64,000 nucleotides of DNA, from contig CDMY01000352.1 of NCBI GenBank assembly GCA_001179505.1, forward strand, positions 41,827 to 105,826, read 5' to 3'. A program made the translations under genes and the position numbers. Numbering within the stretch: position 1 is the stretch's first letter; the number at the start of each line of letters is the position of its first letter. The notes beneath the pieces are model-generated. The model did no database searches. It worked only from the letters and a program-made list of their open reading frames with translations, and was not told where the DNA came from. Below are positions 12,937-29,325 of the stretch, in pieces. This DNA comes from Vitrella brassicaformis CCMP3155. Lineage: Eukaryota > Protista > Chromerida.

Positions 12937-14370
12937 ATGGCAGGAGCGGGTGAGCCCAACACCAAGAAGGTGTCGGCATGGATGAGCCGATACAAGAAAA
13001 ACAATGCCGTGCTGGACACCCTCACTGAGCAGGTGGAGAGGCTCCGTACCCAGGTCCACAAGATGGAGCGGGAGGTGCTGGCAGGCGAAACAGAATACGG
13101 CAGAGAGGTAAGGGTGAGGGAGGGGAGGAAAAGACAACAAATGCGACAAATAAATGGGCGAGGAGTGCCGTGCCTGCTGGATTTCGTGTCCAGGTGAATC
13201 TCATCCTGCAAGACCTCAAGCGGCGCTCAGAGGAGGCACGGGTACGCTCCTTGACTTAGAGACGCTCCTTGGTCATTCGGCCGCGCAGGCTGTTCTCTCT
13301 GCGTGTGCATGTGTGTGTTAGGAGCAGCTGCAAATAGAGAAGGAGAAGAACACGGCCGTGGCGCGTCAGGTGGCCGAGGGCCGCAAGGCCAAGCTCTCAT
13401 TGCAGAAGCAGTGGGAGTCGCTCGAAGTCGACTATGCCAAGAAGCGCGGCCTGTACGAGAAGCGTGTGCAGGAGAAGGAGGCCCTGGACAAGCAGATAGA
13501 GGCCCTCAGCCACAAGCTCGAGAACCTGGCGCTGCAGAAGGCCAAGTGCCAGGCCGAGTTGGCACAGCTGCGCGAAGACAGACAGCTGGAACAGTCATTC
13601 CTCGGTCGGTGAACAAACACGGATGCACCGCTTTAAGCTGCATCAATCACTTGTGTGGATGAATGGTGTCGTGTGTGTGGATCGGATCACCAGATGTGCG
13701 CAACACGGAGATTCGTCTGTTGTCGGATACCCTGACGTCCACCCAGCACGCATCGACCCTCCACAACGTGCGCCACCCGCTACACCTCGACCCCGCCCTC
13801 ACAGACGCCTACGAGCACAACATGCACCTCCCACCACCCGCCTCGCACCACCACCAGCAGGGCGATGACCACATCGATCCCGAGCACATCGACCTGGACG
13901 ACGAGAGTGCGTGTGATGATGACGATCATGACTCGGGCATCCCCCACGCCGTCGGTGCGCCCAGCGGGCCTCTCGACACCATCCCAGAACTTAGCGAGGA
14001 TCCTTCCAACACGGTCACACCCGCCCGGCACACCCCGGCAGATCGCCTGTTGCTGCCCCCTGCCGGCTCGCTCTCACTCATGCGTCAACAGGGTGTTGGG
14101 CAAGACATGGCGGCCGTCGGCACCCCACCGGCCCCCGTGTTGATGATGTGTGAGGGTGGTGTTGGCTGCTCGGGCAGCAACGAGGTCGAGGACGGCAGCA
14201 ACGAGGCTGTGCAGGGTGAGTCGCCCGAGTGTGTTGATTTGGGTTCGCCTGTGCCGCCGGAGGTGTCGGCGATGCCCACACACATGCCGGGCGAGATGGC
14301 GATTGGAGCACAGCAGGCAGGAGGCGTGGGAGGCGGCCAGGGGGCGCGGCGAGAGGTGCAGATGCAGTGA
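12937..14370 (+). CDS. Hypothetical protein: N-terminal coiled coil plus acidic/disordered C-terminus
   Basis: Exons MAGAGEPNTKKVSAW...TEYGRE | ...KAKLSLQKQWESLEVDYAKKRGLYEKRVQEKEALDKQIEALSHKLENL... | long ORF 13663-14370. Heptad-like E/K/L pattern; GT-AG boundaries present. Confidence 0.7.
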
Positions 14371-15717
14371 CGCAGGGTGGATAGAAGGGAGTAGATGGAT
14401 GGATGGACGGACGGATGTAAAGGATAGAGAGAGAGATTGAGAGAGATTCCCGTGTGTGTGCAAATCCATCGCATGTGTGTGTGTGCGTGTGTGTGTGGTG
14501 GGTGAGTGACTCACTAACGTAGCTGCTAATGTTCAGACAGCATTGACTGACTTGACAGCGACGCAACTGCAGGATGTGGTTGTCTTGTTTTGACGCGTTG
14601 TTTGCCTGTGGATTGCGCTGCTTATAAGACTGCACACACAATAGTCAGCCCTGATCACCGTCATCACGGCCATCGATCAGGCTCGCCGTCGTGTGTGTCG
14701 TCTCATGAGCCGCACAAGACCAGGACCGCCGATATGACTACTTGTACCTGTTCGGGTGTGCAGAAAGACAGAGAGATGAGGGGGAACGACTTGGGTGTGT
14801 AGATATATATGTGTCACAGCGCTGAGTGACTCGACTTGCTGGCGACTTGCCTTTGCTTACTGTATCTTGTCGACTGTGCTGCTCGTGTGCCGACGCGTGC
14901 GACGGCAAATCGGATTGGGCACCTCAAACAACGGTGCTCGATCAGGTTCGTTGTCGGGTGCATCGTGCATGATCGGTGCAGGCCTGGCCAAGACAGCTTA
15001 CTGGAATACTTGATGCGTGTGTATATTGGCACACACAGTGGAATGTCCGCTTCGTTAAGATGACCAGTCAGTCGGCTGATGCAAACCAAACCATGCAAGT
15101 CGCGTCGCTTCCCGCGACAGGAAAGGAGCATGTCTCACTCATCCAGTCCACCACATCAGTCTATCTCACGCAGCCACCAATCAGACCAAAACACAAAAAT
15201 ACCCCCTCGTGTGTGTGTGCAGTGCGCAGAGGGTCCCAGAGAGAGGAAAGGTTCGATCGTTTGTATGTACAAGCAGCCCAACCAGCAGTCAGCTTAGCGG
15301 CAACCTATACAGACACCACGGACGGCAGGCAGTGTACTGCACACAGTACTTGAAACCAGCCAACCATTCACTCACTCACTCACACTCTCGGATGCAGCCA
15401 TCGTCATTCAAATGTAATTGATTGCGCGCGTCACGTATGGTGACGAGTACGCACACACGAGCTCCGTTACGCAGACCACCAGTTGGCCCACCACACGCAG
15501 CAGCTCAGCCTGGCTGGCTGGCTGGCTGGCTGCTTGTCTGCCTTGGTGCGTGTGGGGACACCTCATCTCATTGACACACTCAGTCACTCACTCAAGAAAC
15601 TCTCTGCAGCGTAAAGCTACACTCCTTTATATGCTGTCCACGTCACGTCACTCACGTCCGTCATGAGAATACCCTCCCCATCATCTCTGTCAGAGACGCC
15701 AAAACTGTTATGCCCTG

Positions 15718-17268
15718 TCAGACATACACAACACAAACCCACCCGACACACGGAAGACGTCCATCCCTGTCTGCCTTTCTGTCGCCGAGTGCTTCGCTTT
15801 GCCACCCAGGTACCTGTTTAGAGAGTGCCTCGAGGAAGGTGTTGCCGGCGAAGAGCAGAAAGACTACTCCCCCTGCCAGCGCTGCCGCACGCTCAGACAC
15901 ATAAGACGTCAGAAGCGAACCTGACATCACATCACGCCACACCACACCACACCACACACACAGAGGCAGATCAGATGCACTCATGTGTGGGGATTGATTG
16001 GCAGGGATGGCAAAGGCTTCTCCTGACCTCCGACGACGGCGATGAAAGTGGCGATCATGTGTCCGACTGATCCGCCCACGACGACTCCCCATGGGTTCTT
16101 GGCCGCACCCAACGCTATCGTGCTGATCATCGACTTGTCGCCCCACTCAGCCACAAAGATCAACGAAAACGTCTCTACGTAGACACACACAAACACCGCG
16201 ATGAAGAACAGACAGACGCACCTCCCACAACATAAGCCTTCCCACTCACTGACCAACAAGAATGGCCCATTGTGTGGGAGAGAGACCGAATCGTGTCTGC
16301 TGTTTCTCGACCTCCTGCTGGGCCTCTTCGAACTCCTCATTCTCCTCGCCCTCCTTGCCCTCCTCCAGCCCCGCCTTGATGTTCTGCACGCCGAATAACA
16401 CCAGCAGGGCGGCGGCGGCGTAGTCGTCGAAGGGGACGGTGGTGGTGAAGGGCAGCGCGTGGAACACCTGACCTATCAACACCGATATTGCCGTCATCAG
16501 TATCAACGCACCAGTCGTCCCTAATGGCACACACACACACACAGCCACACAGCCACACAGCCACACAGCCACACACACGCAGATCCCATTGGTGGCTGGC
16601 AGGCAGGCAGGCAGGCAGACAGGCGTACCGATGAAGACGAGCCGCCTCGAGTACTTGAGCGAGAGCAGGGCCGAGATAAAGAAGGTCTTGTCGCCGATCT
16701 CAGACAAAAAGATGAGCGAGAAGCCAGCAATCAGCGCCGAATAGAACTCAGGCACGGCAGTCTGCAGGAAGGGCAGCGTGGGCAGCGTCAGGGCCGCTGG
16801 CGGGAAGGGCGGCACCGACGGCAACGGCGGGCTGGGAATCGCCACCGACGCAACAGCGGGAATCACGCTGCTGATCAGGGGCATCAGTGCCACCGCCACA
16901 GCAGTTACACCCGCAACCATCTTCCGCAACCTCTTCGGGTTGGCCCTCATTCTTGCAAGCCAGCTGTCCATGTGCGCATGGTCGTCCTCGAGAGGGCTGA
17001 AAGACGGTGGGACTGGGACTGGTCGTCGTAGTGGTGACACCACCTCAGGACCATCATCGCGATCAGCGGGTGGGTCCAGATCAGTCACCCGCCTAGACAG
17101 CAGCGGCGTGTGGCGGATCTCTGTCAGCGGCTGTTGCCTGCGTGATGCATCTACAGGGATGGCTGTGCGTCGGAGGGCAGCGGGACGAGCAGGTCTGAAT
17201 GCCGCGATGGGTGCCGCCAGCGACAAAAGCAATGACAGCGCGGATAGAGGCACCACTGATGCTCTCAT
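15718..17268 (-). CDS. GDT1/UPF0016 (TMEM165; PAM71/CMT1-like) Ca2+/Mn2+ transporter with bipartite plastid leader; 3' end uncertain
   Basis: Two UPF0016 motifs, [11 protein letters not shown] and [11 protein letters not shown], separated by an acidic loop ([18 protein letters not shown]). Signal peptide [23 protein letters not shown] followed by FRP. Confidence 0.92.
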
Positions 17269-17438
17269 CGTGGCGTAGCCTGGCGGTGATTAAGGGGAGC
17301 TCTCCAAGCTTACTAGCTCGCACGGAGCAGAAAGATTTCTGTGTTCTCCTTCTCCTTGGGCGTTCCCAACGTTCCTACCTATCGGCGAGGCGAGAGCGAC
17401 GTTTGAATTCTCCCCACCGGAGTGGGAGCGGTGTTTTC

Positions 17439-19341
17439 ATGACCGTCGACGATGGCTGCAGCGCCAGCGAGGCAGTGGCATCCCCTGCCACCTTCCTCGC
17501 CACACACACACCAGCGCCGCCGCACAAATCCAGCAGCCCTCGCGTCAATTTCAGCTCACCTGATGATGGTGCGTACCGACCTGCAGCCACCTGTCTGGGA
17601 CGGAAGCACGATGAGGCTGATGATGTTGACGACAGCACACCCCAGTTCGAGTGGACGGCGACGGCGCAGTCGACGGGCTCGACGCTGTCGCTGCCCGATA
17701 GCCCCACACACACCGACACGGCGAGTCCAGGGGCCCTCCACTCCCTCTTTGGCAGACCCCTGTATGCCAAGCTGGGGACTGCAGACGACTCGCCGGCACG
17801 CAGACAGCAGCAGCACCAGCATCATCAAGACGCAGACGTCCTGGAGGTCACGAAGCTGACAGTCAGTGTCGACAGTAACAGCGATGCTGCTGTGGCTGTG
17901 GGTGTGGGTGTGGCGGCCCCACCACGGAAGCGGGGCAGATTGGAGGCTTCCCTCGGCCTCATCTTATGCGGCGCCTCCGCATTCTTTTTCGCCTTGGCGT
18001 GTAAGCAGAGGCAGAGCAGAGCACCACACATGGATATCGACCCACAAAGCAGTCCTCATCACACGACAAACAAACCTTTGTCGTGTGTGTGTTTCCTGCG
18101 TGCAGCGATGTTTGTGAAGATTGCGAGCAAGGAGGTCCCCGTCGCCTACATCATCTTCTCGCGCGGCTTCTTGCAGACGGTCTTGGCGGTGGCCAGTATG
18201 CTGCTGCAGGGGGTGATGGAGGGGCGGTGGGTCAACTTGCTGGGCCAGCGGGGCATCAGGCATCTGCTCTTCTGCCGCGGCCTGTTTGGGGCTTTCGCTG
18301 TGGGCTTGTTCTTCTTCACTGTCACGCAGCTGCCGCTTGGGGACGCGTCGGCCGTCTTTTTCACCTCACCTATTGTTACGGTACAGCAGCACACCGACAC
18401 CGACACAGAGAGACGGAAAGGCAGACAGACATGTGTTTTGTCTGTGTGTGTGTTTCGCCGTTTCCGCCACTCCACAGGCGTTGCTAGCGTACCTGGTTCT
18501 GGGCGAGGCGTGGGCCGCATCCAACTGGATCATCGCTTTCGTGTCCTTCTGCGGTGTGATGCTCATCGCCCGCCCATCTGCGCTCTTCCCCCCCTCCCTC
18601 CTTCCCCCCGACCCATGCGCTGCTGGCGGCCACCGGCTGCTGTCAGACCACGAGCTGTACCCCCTGCACGCCGCCCTCGACTGCTCTCACCGTGCCTCGC
18701 CGCCACACCTGGTGCCTCGGACAGGGGCCGTGTGTCTCGCCTTCGTCGGCGCTATCAGCGGTATTAGGGTGGGGGAGAGATGCGCATGGCATGTGGTCCA
18801 ACGTATTCATCATGTGCTGTTCTGTGCTGTCACACGTCACACAGGAGCCGTTGCGCTGTGTTTTGTGCGTTTGATCGGCAAGCGGACGGAGCCTTTGGTG
18901 CTCGTCAACTACTTTGGCCTGTGCACGTCAGCGGTGTCTTTGGCGCTGGTGATGGCCTTCACTCCGCCGCAGACAGTTGACTTCGCCTCGGTGTCGATGG
19001 GCTCGTGGCTGGCCACTGTCGGTGTGGGCTTCCTGGGCTTCTCGGCACAGTGGTGCCTCAACAAGGGTCTCCAGCTGGAGAAGGCAGGACCGGCAGGTAC
19101 GGTACCCAGAAAATACACAACCACACCCAGAGTGCTCTCAATCACTCGTCGTCTGTTCTGTGTGTCCGTGGGTGTGGGCGTGTGCGCAGCGTTCATGCGG
19201 AATTTGGACGTGGCCTTGGCCTTCATTTTCCAGGTGTGCATACTGGGGGTCCCCCTGGACCCGCTGTCCGTCACCGGCGCGGGCCTTGTAGTGGGCTCTG
19301 CCTCGGTGATGGTGCTGCGCAAGTGCGTGAGTGGCCAATAG
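17439..19341 (+). CDS. EamA/DMT-family (SLC35G-like) membrane transporter
   Basis: Spliced: YIIFSRGFLQ, LLFCRGLFGAFA, TQLPLGDASAVFFTSPIVT|ALLAYLVLGE, GVMLIARP, QWCLNKGLQLEKAGPA|AFMRNLDVALAFIFQ. About 10 TM helices after a long disordered N-terminus. Confidence 0.9.
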
Positions 19342-20389
19342 GGGAGGAGGGCAGAGAGGGCGGCGTGACGCGACGCATGATACGTGCGTGTTGGTTGTGC
19401 AGACAGACAGACAGAGAGGGACGTACACACACATTTTCAGTATGTATCCATTTTCATCACGCAAGGTGTGGTGTGGGTGGACGAGCGAAGCTCTTGCGTG
19501 ACGTGCATCTGTGGCTTTGTTGGTTGATGCGTCTGTCAGTGGGCCTCACGCGGCCCTTGTTGGTTTGGTAGAAGGAAGGCAGATAGGGAGCTTTCTCTGT
19601 GCACGGCCAGGCCAGCGTGTGTGTGTGGGTAGTCAGTGCGATGACACGAACACAGGGATGGACCTGAAGGTGGGTGGGAGGGATTCCTTCTGTTTATGTG
19701 TGACCTGACCCTATCGTGTGTGTTGTCTGTCTTGATTCGTTTGGAGAGGGTTGAATGGATAATTGACAATTTGAGCTGTTGAACCCCATCCCTCCCCTTA
19801 CAGCCTCACAACATCTCAACACTGGCTCTCTGATGTCCTGCAGTGGTCCATTTCATCCATCACCTAGAGCTGGACAACAGACGCGATGGATACCTTGAGT
19901 GTACCACCAAGTCTGTAGCGCAGCTGGAGGTGACGGATGAACAAGACCACAGTTGCGAGGCGACATCACATCATCAGGTCATGGAAACCCCCCGCCCCAT
20001 CTCATTTCAGTCCACCCAGCGAGATGTACACCACCGCCGCCACAGATGCCGCCAACGCTCTTCGCCCATGTCCGCAGCAATGAAACAGATCTGATGGATG
20101 CTCTGCGTGCATCATCAGGTCTGTGTAATGGCTGTGGACACGGCAGAACGAGACACTGACCACATCAAGTGGGCGCAACAACTGACAGAAACTGGGCAGC
20201 CGACACCCTGCTCTGCTCACTACTCAGGAAAATGCGTCATTGACCGGCTGGCTGGCCGACTGGCTGTTGGCAAAATGAGAGCTTCAAAACTGTAGGAAAC
20301 GCTATGCACATCACACAACCATCTCCCTCCCTCCCTGCCTCCTCTACACACACTCACATACATGCACTGCACACCATCGGTTGGTCGGG

Positions 20390-20445
20390 TCAGCCTCCCT
20401 TCTCGACCGACGCCTCATCCAGTGCACGGCGCCAATCCTTTGCCA

Positions 20446-20480
<35 letters not shown>

Positions 20481-21396
20481 GCATTCAGGCAGGGCGACAG
20501 AGAGAGAGAGAGATGCACACCACCAGTTGGGCGTGTTCTCGCGCCCACACTCACCTCACCTGCCATTTGTCGATTCTGGGTCGGTCGTCGAATCGCTTGT
20601 TGTACGGCTGTGTGAAGAAGACGTGTCGCCAGATGGGCTCCATGAGGCCGTCCACCACCGTGGGTTTGTCGTCGAACAGAATGTCGCCCCGGATGAGCGT
20701 CTTGTCTCTGGTGAGTATGAGGCGCTGCTTCCACTCGACGCCCAGCTGGTCCACAACCCACTGCACCTTCTCGTACGCGCACAGGTCCGTGCAGTTGGGA
20801 TCTACACATACAACATGGCCGTCCGGCCGATCAGTGCACTGCACCCCTATATGCCTTCACATACCTACCGGGTGCAGACACGAGGAAGACGTCATGCCCC
20901 TCGCTGAGCATCTCCTTGACGGCCTCGATGCCGTAGTCGTTGGGCCTCATGGTCCGCCAGAACCCCGCCACCCCTGTGATGGCCTCGACGGTGTCGAAGT
21001 GCTCAGGCGGAAAGTCCTTGGCGTGGTGCCACTGCTGCCGCTGGTGGGGCTGCAGCAGGGGCACCTCGGGGTGGTGGATCTTCATGTGGCGGTTGAAGCT
21101 GCGGAACACAACACACACGTGCCCATGCGTGAAGACGCCAGTGATCACTTGTGTGATTGTAAGGATCTTCCCACGCACCTTTCCTCCCAATCGACGAGGG
21201 TGTTGTCCATGTCCACCAGAATGGTCTTCTTCGTCCTCGTCGACGCAGCGCCGCCGTTCATCAGACCAGTAAGCGGCAATGCAGCAAAAGCCGCCCGGAT
21301 GCACAGAGTGTCAGCAGATCCAGATAGTATCGCTGGAATGCAGCTGCATGCACTCACCAAGACCCAGAGAATGCTCATCCAACTCTCCCACCGCAT
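20390..21396 (-). CDS. 5'(3')-deoxyribonucleotidase (NT5C/NT5M-type HAD hydrolase) with N-terminal leader
   Basis: HAD motif I ILVDMDNTLVDW, then GFWRTMRP..GIEAVKEM, VFLVSAP, YEKVQWV, RLILTRDKTLIRGDILFDDKP, FTQPYNK. Confidence 0.88.
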
Positions 21397-21595
21397 GCGA
21401 GCTTGTAGCCAGAAATTCTAAGCTCGCACTTGTCGACGCTAGTCTAGCTGCTGTTCGACAGCACACAAGCCGCCTGTGAATGGCTTGTTACAGCGTATCG
21501 ACTTTCTGAAGAGGAACGAGGTGTATGATCGCTGCGGCACCCTTGACGCCTGTCTGTCTGTCGGCATTCCCTTTTTTCTATCGCTGATTGATTAG

Positions 21596-26014
<4,419 letters not shown>

Positions 26015-26510
26015 GAGGGGAGGGAGGGGGGGAAGGGCCGGTTAGGGTGGGGTGTGGGCACTTCCTGTGTCGGTGTGCGTCCGTGCGTATCCGTGTGGTT
26101 GGTGCATTGCAACAACGTTATTTCTTATCTACTGGTATGGGTGCTGCTGGTTGGTTCATGGCGGCGCGGCGTAGTCCACTACGAGATGAACACGGGAGGG
26201 CGGACACAGTGGGTGTTTCAAGCACGGCCCAGCCAATCATGTCATGTCATGAACACATTGACTGACGGTTCCACAAGCAACCGCAACTGTCGCTCCAAGT
26301 TGCGATGTCAAAAAACTTTAGCCACCATGGCATGGATCATCCTTACACAGGTCGGTCAGCTGAGTAGGGCGGGGCGGGGCGGGCCACAAAAGGCAGGCAA
26401 CCCAGCCCCGCCCGCACAGGAATACATACCGTCCAGATGCACCGCACCCACACCGACCGAATGCACACATCGCGTCAGTCAATGAGTCAGTGAGTCAGTG
26501 AGTCAGTGCG

Positions 26511-27418
26511 TCAGAAGTGCCCATTTCGCCACCATACGTAGCTGGTGAGGTGGTTGTACTTCATCGACTCCTCCTGCAGCTGCTTGAACAGCTGCGTGAC
26601 CTCCCTGACGCGCTCCTCGGCCGCCCCCCGCTCAGTCGCAGAGGGCAGCGCCGGCACCAGGTCTTTGATCCCACACGCACTGTAGAACCGGGTCTCACCT
26701 GACAGACACGACACACAGAGAGAGCGAGAGGCACACAGATGAGATGGATATATGTGGCTTGACGGATGCACCACCTATCATGAGCTCATCAGCACTGACT
26801 GCCTCACGTGGCGGTCTGTCGCAGTCGAAGAGCTGTTTGGTGAGGTCAAGGTCGTGTGGGACGTCGAACTGGTCGCGGGAGTCATAGTAGTCGAAGAAGT
26901 AGTAGATGGTCTTGAAGCCGCACCAGATCAGACACGACAGGCACATGGAGCACGGCTCGTGGCTGCTCACAAACACACAGTCGTGGGGGTGCGGCCGCCC
27001 CTCTGCTGGCAGCGCAAAGAAGTCGATGCACGTCTGGGTCTCGCCTGAATGCATTGCACACACCACACGGCCGACACAGTAGTAAGTACGCACACAAGCC
27101 AAGCCATGCATGGCCTCGCTTCCACTCCACCTCTTTGCTGGGCTGACCGTGATAGATGGGCCCATTGTAGTCCTTGTTTGAGCCGACAATCACTGTGCTG
27201 AGGTCGCTCTTGCGCAGCACCGCCCCTCCGAATATCCTCCCGCCCTCGGCTGTGTGCTTGTGCAGCTCGGGCAGCATCTCCTTCTCCAGCAGAGATGTGA
27301 ACCGCTCAAACAGCACAGAGGGCTCCGCAGGATGCACCTCGTCTGCTGCTGCTGCCTTTGCTGCTGCCTTTGCTGCTGCGTCTTCTGCAGTCGCTGGAGT
27401 GGCAGTGCCTGTGGCCAT
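26511..27418 (-). CDS. Zn-dependent cytidine/deoxycytidylate-deaminase-fold protein (nucleoside/nucleobase deaminase)
   Basis: Three exons. HGE is created across a splice junction (PIYHG|ETQTC); SHEPCSMC; FGGAVLRKSDLS. Confidence 0.88.
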
Positions 27419-27625
27419 CTCGATGAGTCGAGTTTTGTCCAGATCTAACAGCTGACCTCTGCAGACCTGGCAATGCCTTCAACCTCGTGCTTCAACCTCC
27501 TGCTGGGCAAGGGGCGATCTCCCCAGCTAAGCTCGCAGATGGGAAGGGGACGCTTCGAAGGCTGATACAAGGCAGGTGGAGGCGAGCAGTGTGCCCCTGC
27601 TGAATGAAGCGACGTCCTGGATCTC

Positions 27626-29128
27626 ATGTCCATCTCCGCTATGATTGGTGAAGCTGTGCTCTTCTCTGTCATCTCTGCACTGCTGGGAGCAGCCGGCGGT
27701 CATGCAGTGCTTCAGCGGATGCCGAGAGACCTGCGGCATACAGCTTTCGTGCCCCAAATCAGACCAGCTCGTCAGACGGTGTCGCGGAGGCGGACGTTGA
27801 TGAGTGCCGGCGTCCCCGACATCCCGCCAGAGGCGTCGCAGATCCAAGAACAGGCAGCCAAAGATCTCTTGGAAGACATCCGTGGCGTCACGCTGACCGT
27901 GCCGCCATCCATCTGCCCGCAGCAGACCCTGCAGGCCACCTATGTGCAGCTGCATGGTGACGATGATGACAAGCAGGAGAGGAGAGATCCGCCAGTGGTG
28001 CTGCTGCATGGGTTCGATTCATCGGTCTTGGAGTTCCGTCGGTTTGTCCCTTTTCTGAGAGAGGCGGGTGTCCGGGGCTGGATTGTTGATATCCATGGCT
28101 GGGGGTTCGGGCAGCTGGACGGCGGCTGTGACTTCAGCGCCGAGTCGAAGCGGCTCATGCTCTATGAGTTTTGGCGACAGGTACTGTACGCCCATCTAGA
28201 GGCACACACAGAGTGGTGGCGAGTTGGTCTCTGCAAGGGTGTTTGTTGTGCTGTTCCAACAGGTTGTTGGTGAGAGGGCGGTGTTTGTGGGAAGCAGTCT
28301 TGGCGGTTCGATAGCGCTGGACGTTGCCGCTGAACACCCCGAATGTGTGGATAAGCTGCTGCTGATCGCACCACAGGTGGGTAGCTGCTGTGAATGATCG
28401 ATGGTTGGCACACGAGCCAAGTGTCTGATTTTCCCTCAATGTCACATGGATGCAGGCGACAATGGAGGGTTTGGGTCCGCTGTCGTCGCTGCCGGACATC
28501 ATTGGCCGGCTGGGCATCAGGGTCCTCGGCAGTGTGCCACTGCGACAATTCGCAAACCAGCTGGCATACTACGACAAGGTGAGTAAGCTACCCTCCCCGC
28601 AGAACACCAGACCTCATGTGTCTGTGTTGATATCCGCAGGAGCGATTGGCGACGACTGATGCGATGCGTGTGGGCCGGCTGCACACGCTGCGGAGGGGAT
28701 GGGAGGACGCTTCTCTGTCCTTCCAGAAGAGCGGCGGATTCGCTGTTAAGGCCAAACTCAGTCGGGTCAACTGCGATGTCCAGCTGGTGTGGGGGGCCAA
28801 CGACCAGATCCTGCCGCCAGAGAGTGCACATGACGTCTTGGAAGCGCTTCAGCCACACACAAGGTGGGCGGGTGCATGAGGGAGGAACACAACCACAACT
28901 GTCTTGCTCTCGTGTGCCGTTTGTGCACCGTGCATCAGGTCTGCGCGTCTGGCCTTCATCGATCAGTGCGGTCATCTTCCACATCTCGAGAAGCCCCACG
29001 TGCTGATAGACCATTTCAGGGACTTCCTGAGGCCGCGGCAGATCAATGGCGATAGGAGGAGGGGGGCAAGGCAAGACAAAGACCAAGTGAAGACGACCTC
29101 AGTCGAGGGCTCGCGTGTTGTGGGATGA
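27626..29128 (+). CDS. Alpha/beta-fold hydrolase, probable plastid-targeted
   Basis: PVVLLHGFDSS, DIHGWGF, nucleophile elbow GSSLGG, LVWGANDQIL (acid), CGHLPHLEKP (His). Hydrophobic leader followed by TAFVP. Confidence 0.9.
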
Positions 29129-29325
29129 GATAGCTTTTGACGATAGACACACGCGCAGACATGAGACATTAGTTTAGAGATGAAGCCAAATCAACCATTG
29201 CGCTCTTCTTCTTTTGTTTGGTGTCGGAAACACGCAATCAGACGGAACATGCTACCTTGGTCTCGCATCACACACAGCGCTGCTACAATACTCAAAGGTG
29301 TCTCACGCACACGATAGTGAGCTAG

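Noticed and set aside
14550-15700. Short ORFs between convergent 3' ends (e.g. MHDAPDNEPDRAPLFEVPNPIC...)
   Set aside because: No recognisable motifs and only ~40 aa after splicing; likely UTR or intergenic.
19840-20300. ORFs 19843-20094 and 20098-20295
   Set aside because: No family signature or convincing start and splice chain; they lie between two convergent gene ends.
27340-27385. 12-bp repeats encoding AEDAAAKAAAKAAAADE in the deaminase N-terminus
   Set aside because: A simple slippage-derived Ala-rich linker; no evidence of separate function.
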